Assembly (NCBI GenBank): GCA_963776675.1
Contig: CAVZNR010000030.1
Coordinates: 7,814-71,813 of the forward strand
DNA length: 64,000 nt
Direction of reading: 5' to 3'
Origin: an uncultured Alphaproteobacteria bacterium
GTDB lineage: Bacteria; Pseudomonadota; Alphaproteobacteria; Rhizobiales; Hyphomicrobiaceae
The notes under the pieces are model-generated. The model searched no databases. It was not told the DNA's origin and worked only from the letters and a program-made list of their open reading frames with translations. Below are positions 8,824 to 18,376 of the stretch, piece after piece. Within the stretch, counting starts at the first letter, position 1. Every line of letters begins with the position of its first letter. The position numbers and the translations under genes are program-made.

Positions 8824-9954
8824 ATGGCGACACCCGCCGATATTCCAGCCGACATCCTGGCTGCCGCGCGCGAGCGCAGGCCGGCGAAGGCAGCCCCGCC
8901 GACGGTAGAGATCGCCGCGGTCGCGACGGCCGTTCCGCAGCACGTGGTCACGCAGGAGGACGCGAAGTTCCGCGCCCAGAAGGTCTATCCGCAATACGCC
9001 CGCCTCGAGGCGCTCTACACCAACACCGGAATCGACACGCGCTACTCCGTCGAGCCGGTGCCGTGGCACCTCACGACGCACACGTGGGAAGAGCGCACCA
9101 GCTCCTATCAGCGCAACGCGCTGGAGCTCTTGGAGACGGTTGCGACGCAGGCGGTGGCCGAAGCAGGCCTCAGCCTGCGCGACATCGACACCATCGTCAC
9201 CAACACCATCACCGGGCTGTCGATACCCAGTCTCGAGGCGCGGCTCATGAACCGCTTGGGCTTCCGCCCCGACGTGGAGCGGCTGCCGATCTTCGGACTG
9301 GGCTGCGGCGGCGGCGTCGCCGGCCTTGCCCGCGCCACCCGCATGGCCGAGGCGCGCCCCGGGTCCAATGTGCTGTTCCTCACCGTCGACCTGTGCTCGC
9401 TGTGCCTGCGCGTCAACGATCCGAGCCTGGCCATGTTCGTCTCCGCGGCGCTGTTCGGCGACGGTGCTGCCGGCGTGGTCCTGCAAAGCCGCGCGGGCGA
9501 TGCGCCGGGCACGGTCACGAAGGGCCGCGCGCGCGTCTGCGCCCAAGGCGAGTACTTCTGGTCGAAGACCGAGCACATCATGGGCTGGGACATTAAGAAC
9601 GACGGCTTCGGCGTCGTGCTAAGCCCGGAGCTGCCCACCTTGATGCGCGAGCGGCTCGGCGAGGCGCTGTTTCCCTTCCTCAAGCGCGAGGGGCTGTCGC
9701 TCGATGACTTCGACGGCTTCCTGCTGCATCCCGGCGGCAGCAAAGTGCTGGAGACGGCCGAAGAATCCCTAGGGCTGACGCGCGACCAGATCCGCTACTC
9801 CTGGCAGACGCTCAAGCACTTCGGCAACATGTCGTCGGCAACGGCGCTGTTCGTGTTGAAGGCGGCCCTCGCCGACAACGCGCGCGGGCGCTACCTGCTT
9901 GCCGCCTTCGGCCCCGGCTTCTCCGCCTACTTCGTCGTCCTCGAGCTCTATTGA
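8824..9954 (+). CDS. Type III polyketide synthase (chalcone-synthase-like)
   Basis: Catalytic Cys-His-Asn motifs GLGCGGG, HPGG and GNMSS; also LFGDGA and AFGPGF. Confidence 0.95.
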   Translation: MATPADIPADILAAARERRPAKAAPPTVEIAAVATAVPQHVVTQEDAKFRAQKVYPQYARLEALYTNTGIDTRYSVEPVPWHLTTHTWEERTSSYQRNALELLETVATQAVAEAGLSLRDIDTIVTNTITGLSIPSLEARLMNRLGFRPDVERLPIFGLGCGGGVAGLARATRMAEARPGSNVLFLTVDLCSLCLRVNDPSLAMFVSAALFGDGAAGVVLQSRAGDAPGTVTKGRARVCAQGEYFWSKTEHIMGWDIKNDGFGVVLSPELPTLMRERLGEALFPFLKREGLSLDDFDGFLLHPGGSKVLETAEESLGLTRDQIRYSWQTLKHFGNMSSATALFVLKAALADNARGRYLLAAFGPGFSAYFVVLELY

Positions 9955-9973
9955 TGCAGGATCTGAGACGGTC

Positions 9974-10673
9974 CTAGGCGACGAGCCTGTCGACCTTCGC
10001 AAATGGACTGAGGGTCAACCAGGTCTTCAAGCTGGCCTCGAGCTTGCGGTCTCCCGTCAGCGTGAGCCTGCCCTCATCCTTGGCCCGCGAAACGTCCACG
10101 TAGCCCATCCAGATCTCGGTCATCGTCCTGAGGTCGGTCGCTATGTAGAGGTCAACGTCAAAGCCGGGATTGACCGAGCACAAATCGACGCCGATTTGCC
10201 GGCTCGACGAGCAGCCACCAGTTGCGCCGTGCCTCCGGCTGATCTGCGAATATGAACTGGATCGTGCTGCGGTGGCTCGGCATCGGCTCGGCGTCGATGT
10301 TGCGCCGGATGTCCCACATGAGGAGATTGATATCGAGATTTTTCAGGGACGCTTCCGATTCAATCCACCTGTGCCCCCACACTCCGACCGCCTCGACGAC
10401 GGGCTTCAGCTCCTCTCCCGCCGCCGTCAACCGGTACTCGAACACGTCCGTCTCGCCCGGCACTTTTGCGCGCACCAGAAGACCGGCGCGTTCGAGATCC
10501 TTCAGCCGCTTCGACAATAGAGCTGGCGACATCCGGGGCAGACCGCGCCGCAGATCGTTGAAGCGGGTCGAGCCGGCCGCGAGCTCACGCAGGAGCACGA
10601 GCGTCCACCGCGTGCAAAGGATCTCCGCCGCCATCGCGACGGGACAGAACTGATTATAGCTGCCCTCACTCAT
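9974..10673 (-). pseudogene. HxlR-family winged-helix regulator, frameshifted near 10200 (possibly a sequencing error)
   Basis: YNQFCPVA...RWT...TRFNDL...LLSKRL in one frame; the C-terminal DLCSVNPGFDVDL continues in another. Confidence 0.8.
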
Positions 10674-10866
10674 GGTCGCTCCTCGGGTCACGCACCCATC
10701 ATCTGTTCCAGGCTACGGCGTCCATGGGATCGCGACTAGTTCAGTTTCTGTATCGGTGCGATTCAGTTTGTGAACTAGCCGTCCGGCGGTCGTTTGTGAG
10801 ATCAGCCCGCCCCACGCGGCGGGAGGTTCCGCCAGCGCCTGGCACAGCAAATTGAAAGGAATAGCC

Positions 10867-11208
10867 ATGCCACTCGTCGACATCGAGCTCATCGAAGGCG
10901 TTTTCGATCGAAGCCAGAAGGACGCGATGATCCGCAAAATCACCGACGCCATGGTGGAGATCGAGGGAGAAGCCATGCGTGGTGTCACCTGGGTGCGCGT
11001 GCACGAGGTGGCGAGCGGCAACTGGGGCATCGGCGGCAAGGGCATGACCGCCGCCGACGTCAAGCAGCTGCAACAGCCAAGGCAAGTGAAGCATGCCAAT
11101 GCGTCCGGACGCCGTAACTTGGCGTCGGGAGCCACGCCTCGAAATCATGCTTGCGAGCGCAGAGTCGCTCGTCATCGCCTCATGTCCCCCGCATCCGCGT
11201 CAGGTTGA
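10867..11208 (+). CDS. 4-oxalocrotonate tautomerase family protein
   Basis: N-terminal Pro after Met (MPLVDIELIEG), TWVRVHEV..GNWGIGG; the C-terminal tail is of doubtful relevance. Confidence 0.85.
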   Translation: MPLVDIELIEGVFDRSQKDAMIRKITDAMVEIEGEAMRGVTWVRVHEVASGNWGIGGKGMTAADVKQLQQPRQVKHANASGRRNLASGATPRNHACERRVARHRLMSPASASG

Positions 11209-12274
11209 CCGCCAGCCGCGCGAGCGCCGGCAGCGCGGCCGTCGCGGCGACGGTCAAGGCACGCGCCGCCGCCGACTTGAAGGTTGCATCAACCGCGTTC
11301 GCCCATAGAAGCTGGGTGCGGGCGCGCGCCAGGAAGTCGGTCTGGAAGCGCTGAGCCGGCACGCCTTCCAGAATCGCGCGCGCCGCCGCCACGCCCGACC
11401 ACAGCGCCAGCGACGTGCCATCGCCCGTGAGCGAAGGAATGACGCACAGCTGGTCACCCAGCGCGTAGACGTTGTCCGCGATCGCCGCTTTGCGCGTGTA
11501 GCCGAAGGGGATGCCCGACACGGCAGCGGGCGCGGGCGTAAGGAAGCGCGCGCCCGCGATCAGATCGCCGACCGCAAACGACTTTTTAGCCAGATTGTCG
11601 AGCTGCGCCCGCCAGTCGGCCCCGACGGCGCGCATCGCCTCCGCGTCCATCAGCCAGCACAGCGTCGCGTTGCCGTCCTCGATGGTGCAGGCGCCGATGT
11701 AGCCGCCCTGGTAGCCGACCAGTTGCACGACCCCGGCAAGCGCGCGGGCCGCCTGACCGGACGGTGCGAAGCTGATCTTGTAGGCGGTCATGCAGCCCTG
11801 GCGGCGCGGCCAGCCGCGTACGTTGTGCTTGCCGGTTGCGAGCGCCGCACTGCGGGCCGTGAGCACGCGGCGGCCCATCCTGACGCGAACGCCATCACCC
11901 GCGGGCTCGAGCGCGGTGACGGCTTCGCCCCGGATCATCTCGACCCCTGCCGCTACGGCCTTTGCGATCAGGGCCTCATCGAGCGCGAGCCGCGACAGAC
12001 CGGCCGCGGCAAAAGGAAGGTCGGCATGCGCAGCGCGCCCGCCGGTGACGAGCCGCAGCGTCGCAACGCGCGTGGCGCCCATGGCCTCAACATCGAGGCC
12101 GAGATGACCGAGCAGCGCCTGCGCCTCGGTGCTCAGGAAATCGCCGCAGACTTTCAGCGTCGGCGCGCGCGCGCGCTCCACCAGGGCGACGCGCGCACCG
12201 GAACGCGCCAGCTCCAGCGCGCAGGCCGCGCCGGCAAGCCCACCACCGACCGCTATGGTATCGAATTCCGCCAT
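11180..12274 (-). CDS. FAD-dependent oxidoreductase / flavoprotein hydroxylase
   Basis: GGGLAG dinucleotide motif, KVCGDFLS, LGDQ..VIPSLTGDG. Confidence 0.9.
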   Translation of the reverse strand: MAEFDTIAVGGGLAGAACALELARSGARVALVERARAPTLKVCGDFLSTEAQALLGHLGLDVEAMGATRVATLRLVTGGRAAHADLPFAAAGLSRLALDEALIAKAVAAGVEMIRGEAVTALEPAGDGVRVRMGRRVLTARSAALATGKHNVRGWPRRQGCMTAYKISFAPSGQAARALAGVVQLVGYQGGYIGACTIEDGNATLCWLMDAEAMRAVGADWRAQLDNLAKKSFAVGDLIAGARFLTPAPAAVSGIPFGYTRKAAIADNVYALGDQLCVIPSLTGDGTSLALWSGVAAARAILEGVPAQRFQTDFLARARTQLLWANAVDATFKSAAARALTVAATAALPALARLAVNLTRMRGT

Positions 12275-12329
12275 GCCCCGATTACGGCATGGAGACCCCT
12301 GCGGCGCAATGAACGGGAGGCCACAGTTT

Positions 12330-12974
12330 CTAAGAGAATGTCGCGCTTTGCCCGCGCCGCGCCATCAGCCGGCCGATGCCGACGAGGGCCAGATCGAGCA
12401 CGAGGAATGCCAGCACCAGTCCGGCGATGTTGAGAAGCGAGCGCGGGTATCCGAGCTCGGAAACGTCGAGGAACGGATAGGGGTACCAGCCGCTCACCGC
12501 ACCATGCAGCAGCGTCCACAGCGCATAGACCGCCGGATAGCCCAGACAATAGGTGCCGTTGCGCCAGGTCAGACCGCCCTTGCGCACGAACAGCAGCCAG
12601 TCGAGCACGAACAGCGGCGGCGTCACGTAATGCAGCACGTGCTCGAAGATGCGCGACCATCCAGTCACGTGCCCGAGATCGCTCAGGAGCAGGTAGTAGA
12701 CGACGCCGACGACGATGATGTAGCCGGCAATTCCCGTGCGCACGGCCGCTCGGTCGAGGAAGCGGGCAAGCCAAGTCTCAGGCGCAGCCACGGGCGCGAG
12801 CAGCGCTGCGGCGGCCAGCAGGTTGGTGAGGATCGTGAAGAAGCTGAAAAAGTGCAGCGTGCGCGCCGGCAGGTCCGGCCCGAACCCATCGAGAACGGCA
12901 AACCAGTATTGCATGCCGACCGCAAACAGCGTCACCGCGCCTGCGATGGTCCGGTAGATCGTGATCGCTTGCAT
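12330..12974 (-). CDS. Pr6Pr-family (FAR-17a/AIG1-like) membrane protein
   Basis: FFSFFTILTN, LHYVTP..FVLDW and WYPYPFLD; the ATG overlaps the upstream stop (TGATG). Confidence 0.85.
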   Translation of the reverse strand: MQAITIYRTIAGAVTLFAVGMQYWFAVLDGFGPDLPARTLHFFSFFTILTNLLAAAALLAPVAAPETWLARFLDRAAVRTGIAGYIIVVGVVYYLLLSDLGHVTGWSRIFEHVLHYVTPPLFVLDWLLFVRKGGLTWRNGTYCLGYPAVYALWTLLHGAVSGWYPYPFLDVSELGYPRSLLNIAGLVLAFLVLDLALVGIGRLMARRGQSATFS

Positions 12975-13489
12975 CACTCGCCACGCCGCTCCGCGAGTGC
13001 CGCATCCTCGATGATGATCTTGTAGTAGAGCACCGCACTCCACACGCAGCCGAAGATCACCGCGATCGACGCGCAGCCGAAGACCAGCGGCAGCAGAAAC
13101 GTCTCGGCAATGGTCACGACGTAGTTGGGGTGGCGCAGATAGCGGTAGGGGCCGTCGCGTATCACCGGAGCGTTCTTGAGCATGATGATGCGATGCGTCC
13201 AGAAGCGCCCCAGCGTGGCGATGACCCAGTAGCGCACCCCCTGCAGCATCAGATACAGGACCGCGAGCGGCCAGATCACCGGCGCCGATGCCGGGATCAG
13301 CAGGAAGATCGCCGCGACCCACGCCAGATGCGTGATGGCAACGACGGGATAGTACTCGCGCCCCGCCTCGCGGCCGCCGTCGGCGATGAGGCGGCCCGTA
13401 TTGCGCGCCGAATAGAGCTCCTCCAGCGCGCGCTGCAGGAGAATGAGCAGAGCCACAATCTGCGGCGCCCCGAAACTGTGCTCCAGCAT
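12974..13489 (-). CDS. Isoprenylcysteine carboxyl methyltransferase family protein
   Basis: LGRFWTHRI and GPYRYLRHPNY..TIAE motifs. Confidence 0.9.
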   Translation of the reverse strand: MLEHSFGAPQIVALLILLQRALEELYSARNTGRLIADGGREAGREYYPVVAITHLAWVAAIFLLIPASAPVIWPLAVLYLMLQGVRYWVIATLGRFWTHRIIMLKNAPVIRDGPYRYLRHPNYVVTIAETFLLPLVFGCASIAVIFGCVWSAVLYYKIIIEDAALAERRGE

Positions 13490-13588
13490 GGCGTCCCCGG
13501 GGTGGACCGAATCGAACGTGCGCACACGAGCGCGGCGAGGCCCGAGTATGCGTTATTCAGGCGCGCGCGCAACGCCGGTGCGGGATCC

Positions 13589-13777
13589 TCACAGCCCTTG
13601 GCGATCGCGGGCGGTGGGCTTGCGAACGTTGATCCGCGCCACAGCCGGCCGCTGAACCCGCCGCGGCGCCGCCTTGGCCTGCGCCGTCTCGGGCCCAGGC
13701 CTCTTTGTCTTGGGCACACCCTCCCCACTCGTGCGCCGGGCGGTCTCGTTCCGCGACGGCCGCTTTTTATCGCTCAT
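13589..13777 (-). CDS. Small basic hypothetical protein
   Basis: AAGGAGAGG RBS before the ATG; 62 aa, K/R-rich. Confidence 0.45.
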   Translation of the reverse strand: MSDKKRPSRNETARRTSGEGVPKTKRPGPETAQAKAAPRRVQRPAVARINVRKPTARDRQGL

Positions 13778-13866
13778 GGCAACCTCTCCTTGGCTTTCCT
13801 CAGGTGAGAACGTATGAGGCGCCCTTGCAGTTCACGCCTCGCCGCCGAAAGGTCACACCCGCCCCG

Positions 13867-14745
13867 ATGAGCGCCCGTCCCGTCCCGCCTCCCATTCTGG
13901 ATCATGCCGGCCCGCTGCTCGCCCGCTACGACGTGCTTTTTTGCGACGTCTGGGGCGTGATCCACGACGGGCACCATGCCTTCATCGAGGCGTGCGACGC
14001 GCTGCAACGCTTCCGCCGGGGCGGCGGCACGGTGATCCTCGTCTCCAACGCGCCGGTGCCGAAAGAGCGCGTGGCCGCCATGCTGGATCTGCGTGCGGTT
14101 CCCCACGACGCCTACGACGACATCGTCGCCTCCGGCGAGATCGCGCTGGCACACATCGTCGAGAAGGGCTACGCGCGGCTCTACGCCATCGGACCCACCG
14201 ATCGCGACGCCGCCACCTTCGCCCGGCTCCCGTCGCGTCCCGTGGCGCTCGACGAGGCGCAGGCGATCCTGTGCACCGGGCTCAACGACGACCGCACCGA
14301 GACCGCCGACGACTACCGGGAGGTGCTGCAGCGCGCCCGTGCGCTTAGCCTGCCGCTCGTGTGCGCCAACCCCGATCTCGTCGTCGACGTGGGCGGGCGG
14401 CAGTACATCTGCGCCGGCGCCATCGCCGACCTCTACGAGCGCATGGACGGCGCGGTGTTCTGGGCCGGCAAACCGCACGCCAATGCCTACGACGCCGCCC
14501 AGCGGGCTGCCGAGGCGGTCCGCGGCGCCCCCGTCGGGCGGTCCCGCATTCTCGCCGTCGGCAACTCGCTGCGCACCGATCTGAAGGGCGCCGAGGCGGC
14601 CGGGATCGACGCCATCTTCGTCGCCTCGGGCATTCATCGCGACGAGACGATGGGGTCGGGGGCGCTATCGCCGGAAAAGCTGGCCGTCCTTTTCGCCCCC
14701 CCGGCGCCGCCGGCACTGGCGGTCATGGGCAAGCTCGCCTGGTGA
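13867..14745 (+). CDS. HAD-superfamily hydrolase subfamily IIA
   Basis: FCDVWGV, VSNAP, CANPD, AGKPH; motif IV reads GNSLRTD. Confidence 0.9.
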   Translation: MSARPVPPPILDHAGPLLARYDVLFCDVWGVIHDGHHAFIEACDALQRFRRGGGTVILVSNAPVPKERVAAMLDLRAVPHDAYDDIVASGEIALAHIVEKGYARLYAIGPTDRDAATFARLPSRPVALDEAQAILCTGLNDDRTETADDYREVLQRARALSLPLVCANPDLVVDVGGRQYICAGAIADLYERMDGAVFWAGKPHANAYDAAQRAAEAVRGAPVGRSRILAVGNSLRTDLKGAEAAGIDAIFVASGIHRDETMGSGALSPEKLAVLFAPPAPPALAVMGKLAW

Positions 14746-14823
14746 GCCGTACGCGTCCCATTGCGGACTGCCCAGCGGCCAGCTAGATTCGCGTCCTGGA
14801 CAGGATCTGGGGGGAAGACATCC

Positions 14824-15159
14824 ATGCAGCGCAGCGTCGCTCTCGCTCTGGCGGGCAGCCTTCTGTTTGCCGGCTTCACGCCGGCCCTTGCCGACGACAC
14901 CGGCCTTGCCTACTCGCACACCCTGCGCAAGGAGCGCGGGCGGACGTGCATGGCCGACCACTGGCATTCGGGCTCGGGCGAGGGCCGCACCAAGGCTGCC
15001 GCGCGCAACGCCGCGATCCGCTCGTGGGCCGATTTCACAAACTTCGAGTACGGCACCGTGTGGGCGCACTTCTCTTTGGCGGCGAGCCCGCAGACCCGCT
15101 ACACGAAGGCATCCAAAGGTTGGAGTGCGGCCATCGACGCGCGTCCCTGCAAGCGCTAG
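14824..15159 (+). CDS. Secreted hypothetical protein
   Basis: Signal peptide ending in ALA; two Cys, one near each end of the mature domain. Confidence 0.7.
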   Translation: MQRSVALALAGSLLFAGFTPALADDTGLAYSHTLRKERGRTCMADHWHSGSGEGRTKAAARNAAIRSWADFTNFEYGTVWAHFSLAASPQTRYTKASKGWSAAIDARPCKR

Positions 15160-15391
15160 CGCACGCCTGCACAACGGATTCTTCAACGGCATTTACCACT
15201 CGGTTACCATAACCGGGTGATGCTGGGGTCATGACGAGTTGAGCCCCGGTGAGTTGGGACCAATCCTCCAACACACGTGTCGTTTAAGTTCGCGAACTGT
15301 CCCGTTACCCACGGAACAGCGTGAGTCCGCGTACCTGCGATATCCCTGGGCAGTCCGAAGCGTAATGGCTCCTCAGAGAGGAAACATCCCA

Positions 15392-15691
15392 ATGATCGCA
15401 GTGTTCAAGACCCTGAAGTCCCAGAAGTCCCGCAGCGTGCTGGCTGCGACGATCGCCCTGGGCGCCGTCATTCTCCCCGCCACCCAGGCGGGCGCCGTCA
15501 GCGCGAGCGTGCGTTATGCCTGCGCCGGCGACTATCTCGCCAACTGCAGCGCCTTCGCGCCCGACAGCGCCGACACCCGCCGCTGCATGCGCAGGGTCGG
15601 ATTGCGGCTGTCGACCGGCTGCCTCAACGCCCTGGTCGCCGCCGGCGAGGTTTCCCGCTCCGTGATCGCACCCCGCTCGGCGAAGCGCTAA
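15392..15691 (+). CDS. Secreted Cys-rich small protein
   Basis: GAGG RBS, signal peptide, C..DY...C...CM...LS.GC pattern. Confidence 0.7.
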   Translation: MIAVFKTLKSQKSRSVLAATIALGAVILPATQAGAVSASVRYACAGDYLANCSAFAPDSADTRRCMRRVGLRLSTGCLNALVAAGEVSRSVIAPRSAKR

Positions 15692-15904
15692 TCTCGCTTC
15701 GAGGAGCCGTCTCGGACCAAATTTAAGGCCGTCGCGCCCTTGGGCTGCGGCGGCCTTTCGCGTTTGTAGGGCCTTCCCGGCGGGCCGGCCCCGGCGCAAA
15801 AGCGCCCTTTGTCGCGCTTTGCGGGCCCCCCGCCCCATGGAACCTTGGGGGCCAAGCTGCTAAGGAGCGCACCGACTGCCGATTTGACGCCATTTGGAGC
15901 CACC

Positions 15905-16333
15905 ATGAGCGACGCCGAAAGCAAGGCCCGGATCGAGACGGCCGCCCTTATCCGCACCTACTACGAGGCCTTCAATGCAGGCGACAGCGAGGGCATGCTC
16001 AACCATCTGACCGATGATGTCATTCACGACGTCAATCAAGGCGAGCGGCGCACCGGCAAGGACAAGTTCCGGGCCTTCAACGCCCGCATGACCCACCATT
16101 ATCGCGAGCGGCTGGAGAACGTCACCGTCATGGTGAGCAAGGACGGGACGCGCGCGGCCGCCGAGTTCAACGTCCACGGCGAGTATCTCGCGACCGACAG
16201 CGGGCTTCCCGAGGCCAACGGGCAGACATATGTCTTGCCCGCCGGTACGTTTTTTGCGATCCGGGACGGGAAAATCGCGCGCGTCACCACATATTACAAT
16301 CTGACCGACTGGATCGCGCAGGTCACTGGCTAA
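15905..16333 (+). CDS. Ketosteroid-isomerase-related / SnoaL-like (NTF2 fold) protein
   Basis: YYEAFNAGD, DVIHDVNQG, YVLPAGTFF, RVTTYYNL. Confidence 0.88.
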   Translation: MSDAESKARIETAALIRTYYEAFNAGDSEGMLNHLTDDVIHDVNQGERRTGKDKFRAFNARMTHHYRERLENVTVMVSKDGTRAAAEFNVHGEYLATDSGLPEANGQTYVLPAGTFFAIRDGKIARVTTYYNLTDWIAQVTG

Positions 16334-16366
16334 ACAGCGCGCCGCGAAGGGTTTGGACTGAACGGA

Positions 16367-16741
16367 ATGCTCGTCAAGATACTGAGATGCAAGCTGCACC
16401 GTGCCACCGTGACCCAGTGCGACCTGCACTACCAGGGCTCGCTGGCGATCGATGCCGACCTGATCCGTGAGGCCGGCTTCCTGGTGAACGAGCACATCGA
16501 GATCTACAACATCGACAACGGCGAGCGCTTCACCACCTACGTGATCGAAGGCAAGGCCGGGTCGGGCATCATCGGCCTCAACGGCGCCGCCGCCCGCAAG
16601 GCGTGCCTGGGCGACAAGATCATCATCTGCTCGTATGCGCAGATGAGCCCGGAGGAAGCCAAGGCGCACAAGCCGCGCGTCGTCGTGCTGGGTCCGGACA
16701 ACAAGATCGAGCGCATCACCTCAACACCCGGCTCTCACTAG
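16367..16741 (+). CDS. panD: Aspartate 1-decarboxylase
   Basis: KLHRATVT, YQGS self-cleavage site, NGERFTTY, LNGAAAR. Confidence 0.96.
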   Translation: MLVKILRCKLHRATVTQCDLHYQGSLAIDADLIREAGFLVNEHIEIYNIDNGERFTTYVIEGKAGSGIIGLNGAAARKACLGDKIIICSYAQMSPEEAKAHKPRVVVLGPDNKIERITSTPGSH

Positions 16742-16765
16742 CCGCGCATTCGCCAGGGGAATTGC

Positions 16766-17356
16766 ATGACACTGGAGGTCAAATCGCTGTTCGGCGAGGA
16801 GATCGGCAGCGTGCTGGCCGACCTCGCGCGCCTGCGCATCATCGTGTTCCGCGACTGGCCCTATCTCTACGACGGCACGCTCGAGTACGAGGAAACGTAC
16901 CTCGCCAAGCTCGCCACCGCGAAGGATGCCGTCTGCGTCATCGCGCGCGACGGCGACCAGATCGTGGGCGCCTCCACCGCGGCTCCCATGATCGAGCACG
17001 CCGACGAGTTCGCCGCCCCCTTCGAGAAGGCCGGCTACGATATCTCCAAGATCTTCTATTGCGGCGAATCCGTGCTTTTGAAGTCGCACCGCGGCCACGG
17101 GCTCGGCAACGCCTTCTTCGACCACCGCGAGGCGCAGGCGCACCGGCTCGGCGGTTTCACCCATTCGACCTTCTGTCGCGTGGTGCGTCCCGACGATCAT
17201 CCCCTGAAGCCCGCCGACTACCGCCCGCTCGACGGCTTCTGGAGAAAGCGCGGCTATGCCCCGGTCGAAGGCCTCGTCGCCACCTACGCCTGGAAGGATA
17301 TCGACCAGACGGACGAGACCGATCACCCGATGCAGTTCTGGATGCGGCCGCTATGA
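16766..17356 (+). CDS. GNAT-family N-acetyltransferase
   Basis: LRIIVFRDWPYLYDG, ESVLL..HRGHGLG, FWRKRGY. Confidence 0.88.
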   Translation: MTLEVKSLFGEEIGSVLADLARLRIIVFRDWPYLYDGTLEYEETYLAKLATAKDAVCVIARDGDQIVGASTAAPMIEHADEFAAPFEKAGYDISKIFYCGESVLLKSHRGHGLGNAFFDHREAQAHRLGGFTHSTFCRVVRPDDHPLKPADYRPLDGFWRKRGYAPVEGLVATYAWKDIDQTDETDHPMQFWMRPL

Positions 17357-17446
17357 GGTGTCTGACCCTCCGGGTCTGACGCCTTCCTGCAACCCAAAAT
17401 TACCGAACTGGTGTCAGTCAGATACCAGGAAGCTCCAGAAAGGCAC

Positions 17447-18361
17447 ATGGCGATGGCCGATCGCACCACGCTCACGATTGCCACCGCGCAGTACCCCATC
17501 GACGCTCCGACCTCGCAAAAGGAGTGGCGGGAGAAGATTGCCCGCTGGGTGGCCGACGGCGCGGCACAGGGTGCTGAGCTTCTGGTCTTCCCCGAGTACG
17601 CCGCGATCGAGCAGGCCGCCGCCTGCGGCGCGGAGATCTCCGGCAGCCTCGATAAGACGCTCAAAGCCGTCGCCGACCTCGAGCGCGAGCGCGTCGCCTT
17701 CCACACCGAGCTGGCCGCCGACCACAACGTGCACATCCTCGTGGGCAGCGGACCCGTGCGCAAAGGCGAGGGCCGCTACGTCAACGCGGCCCAGCTCATC
17801 ACGCCGGAGGGCAGCGTCGGCACGCAAGAAAAGATCATCATGACGCCGTTCGAGTGGGACTGGGGCATCTCTCCCGGCAGCCCCTTGCGCGTGTTCGACA
17901 CCAAGCTCGGCCTCATCGGCGTCGCCATCTGCTACGACAGCGAGTTCCCGCTCCTGGTGCGCGCCATGGCCGAGGCCGGTGCCGAGGTCGTGCTCGTGCC
18001 CTCGTGCACCGAGCGGATCTCGGGCTATCACCGTGTGCGCACCGGCGCCCGCGCCCGGGCGCTGGAGAACCAGATCGCAACCGTCGTGAGCCCGACCGTC
18101 GGCGATGCGCTGTGGTCCCCTGCCGTCGACCACAACACTGGAGCCGCCGGCATCTACGTGCCCTCCGAGCCGTCGATCTCCGACGACGGCATCCTGGCCG
18201 AGGGCAAGCTCAACGAGGCGCGTTGGGTGACCGCATCGGTCGACCTGAAGCGCCTGCGCCATCTGCGCTCCGAAGGCGAGATGCGCAACTACATCGACTG
18301 GTCGCACCAGCCGGGCGCCGACGCGCTCAAAGCCAGGGTGGATACCGTCCGCCTGCCGTGA
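17447..18361 (+). CDS. Carbon-nitrogen hydrolase (nitrilase superfamily)
   Basis: Glu-Lys-Cys triad motifs VFPEY, QEK and ICYDSEFP; ARALENQ. Confidence 0.92.
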   Translation: MAMADRTTLTIATAQYPIDAPTSQKEWREKIARWVADGAAQGAELLVFPEYAAIEQAAACGAEISGSLDKTLKAVADLERERVAFHTELAADHNVHILVGSGPVRKGEGRYVNAAQLITPEGSVGTQEKIIMTPFEWDWGISPGSPLRVFDTKLGLIGVAICYDSEFPLLVRAMAEAGAEVVLVPSCTERISGYHRVRTGARARALENQIATVVSPTVGDALWSPAVDHNTGAAGIYVPSEPSISDDGILAEGKLNEARWVTASVDLKRLRHLRSEGEMRNYIDWSHQPGADALKARVDTVRLP

Positions 18362-18376
18362 GGTGGCCGGACGACG

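Noticed and set aside
17358-17385. Imperfect palindrome ggtgtctgaccc-tcc-gggtctgacgcc between GNAT and nitrilase
   Set aside because: REP-like but single and imperfect in this window; a family cannot be established.
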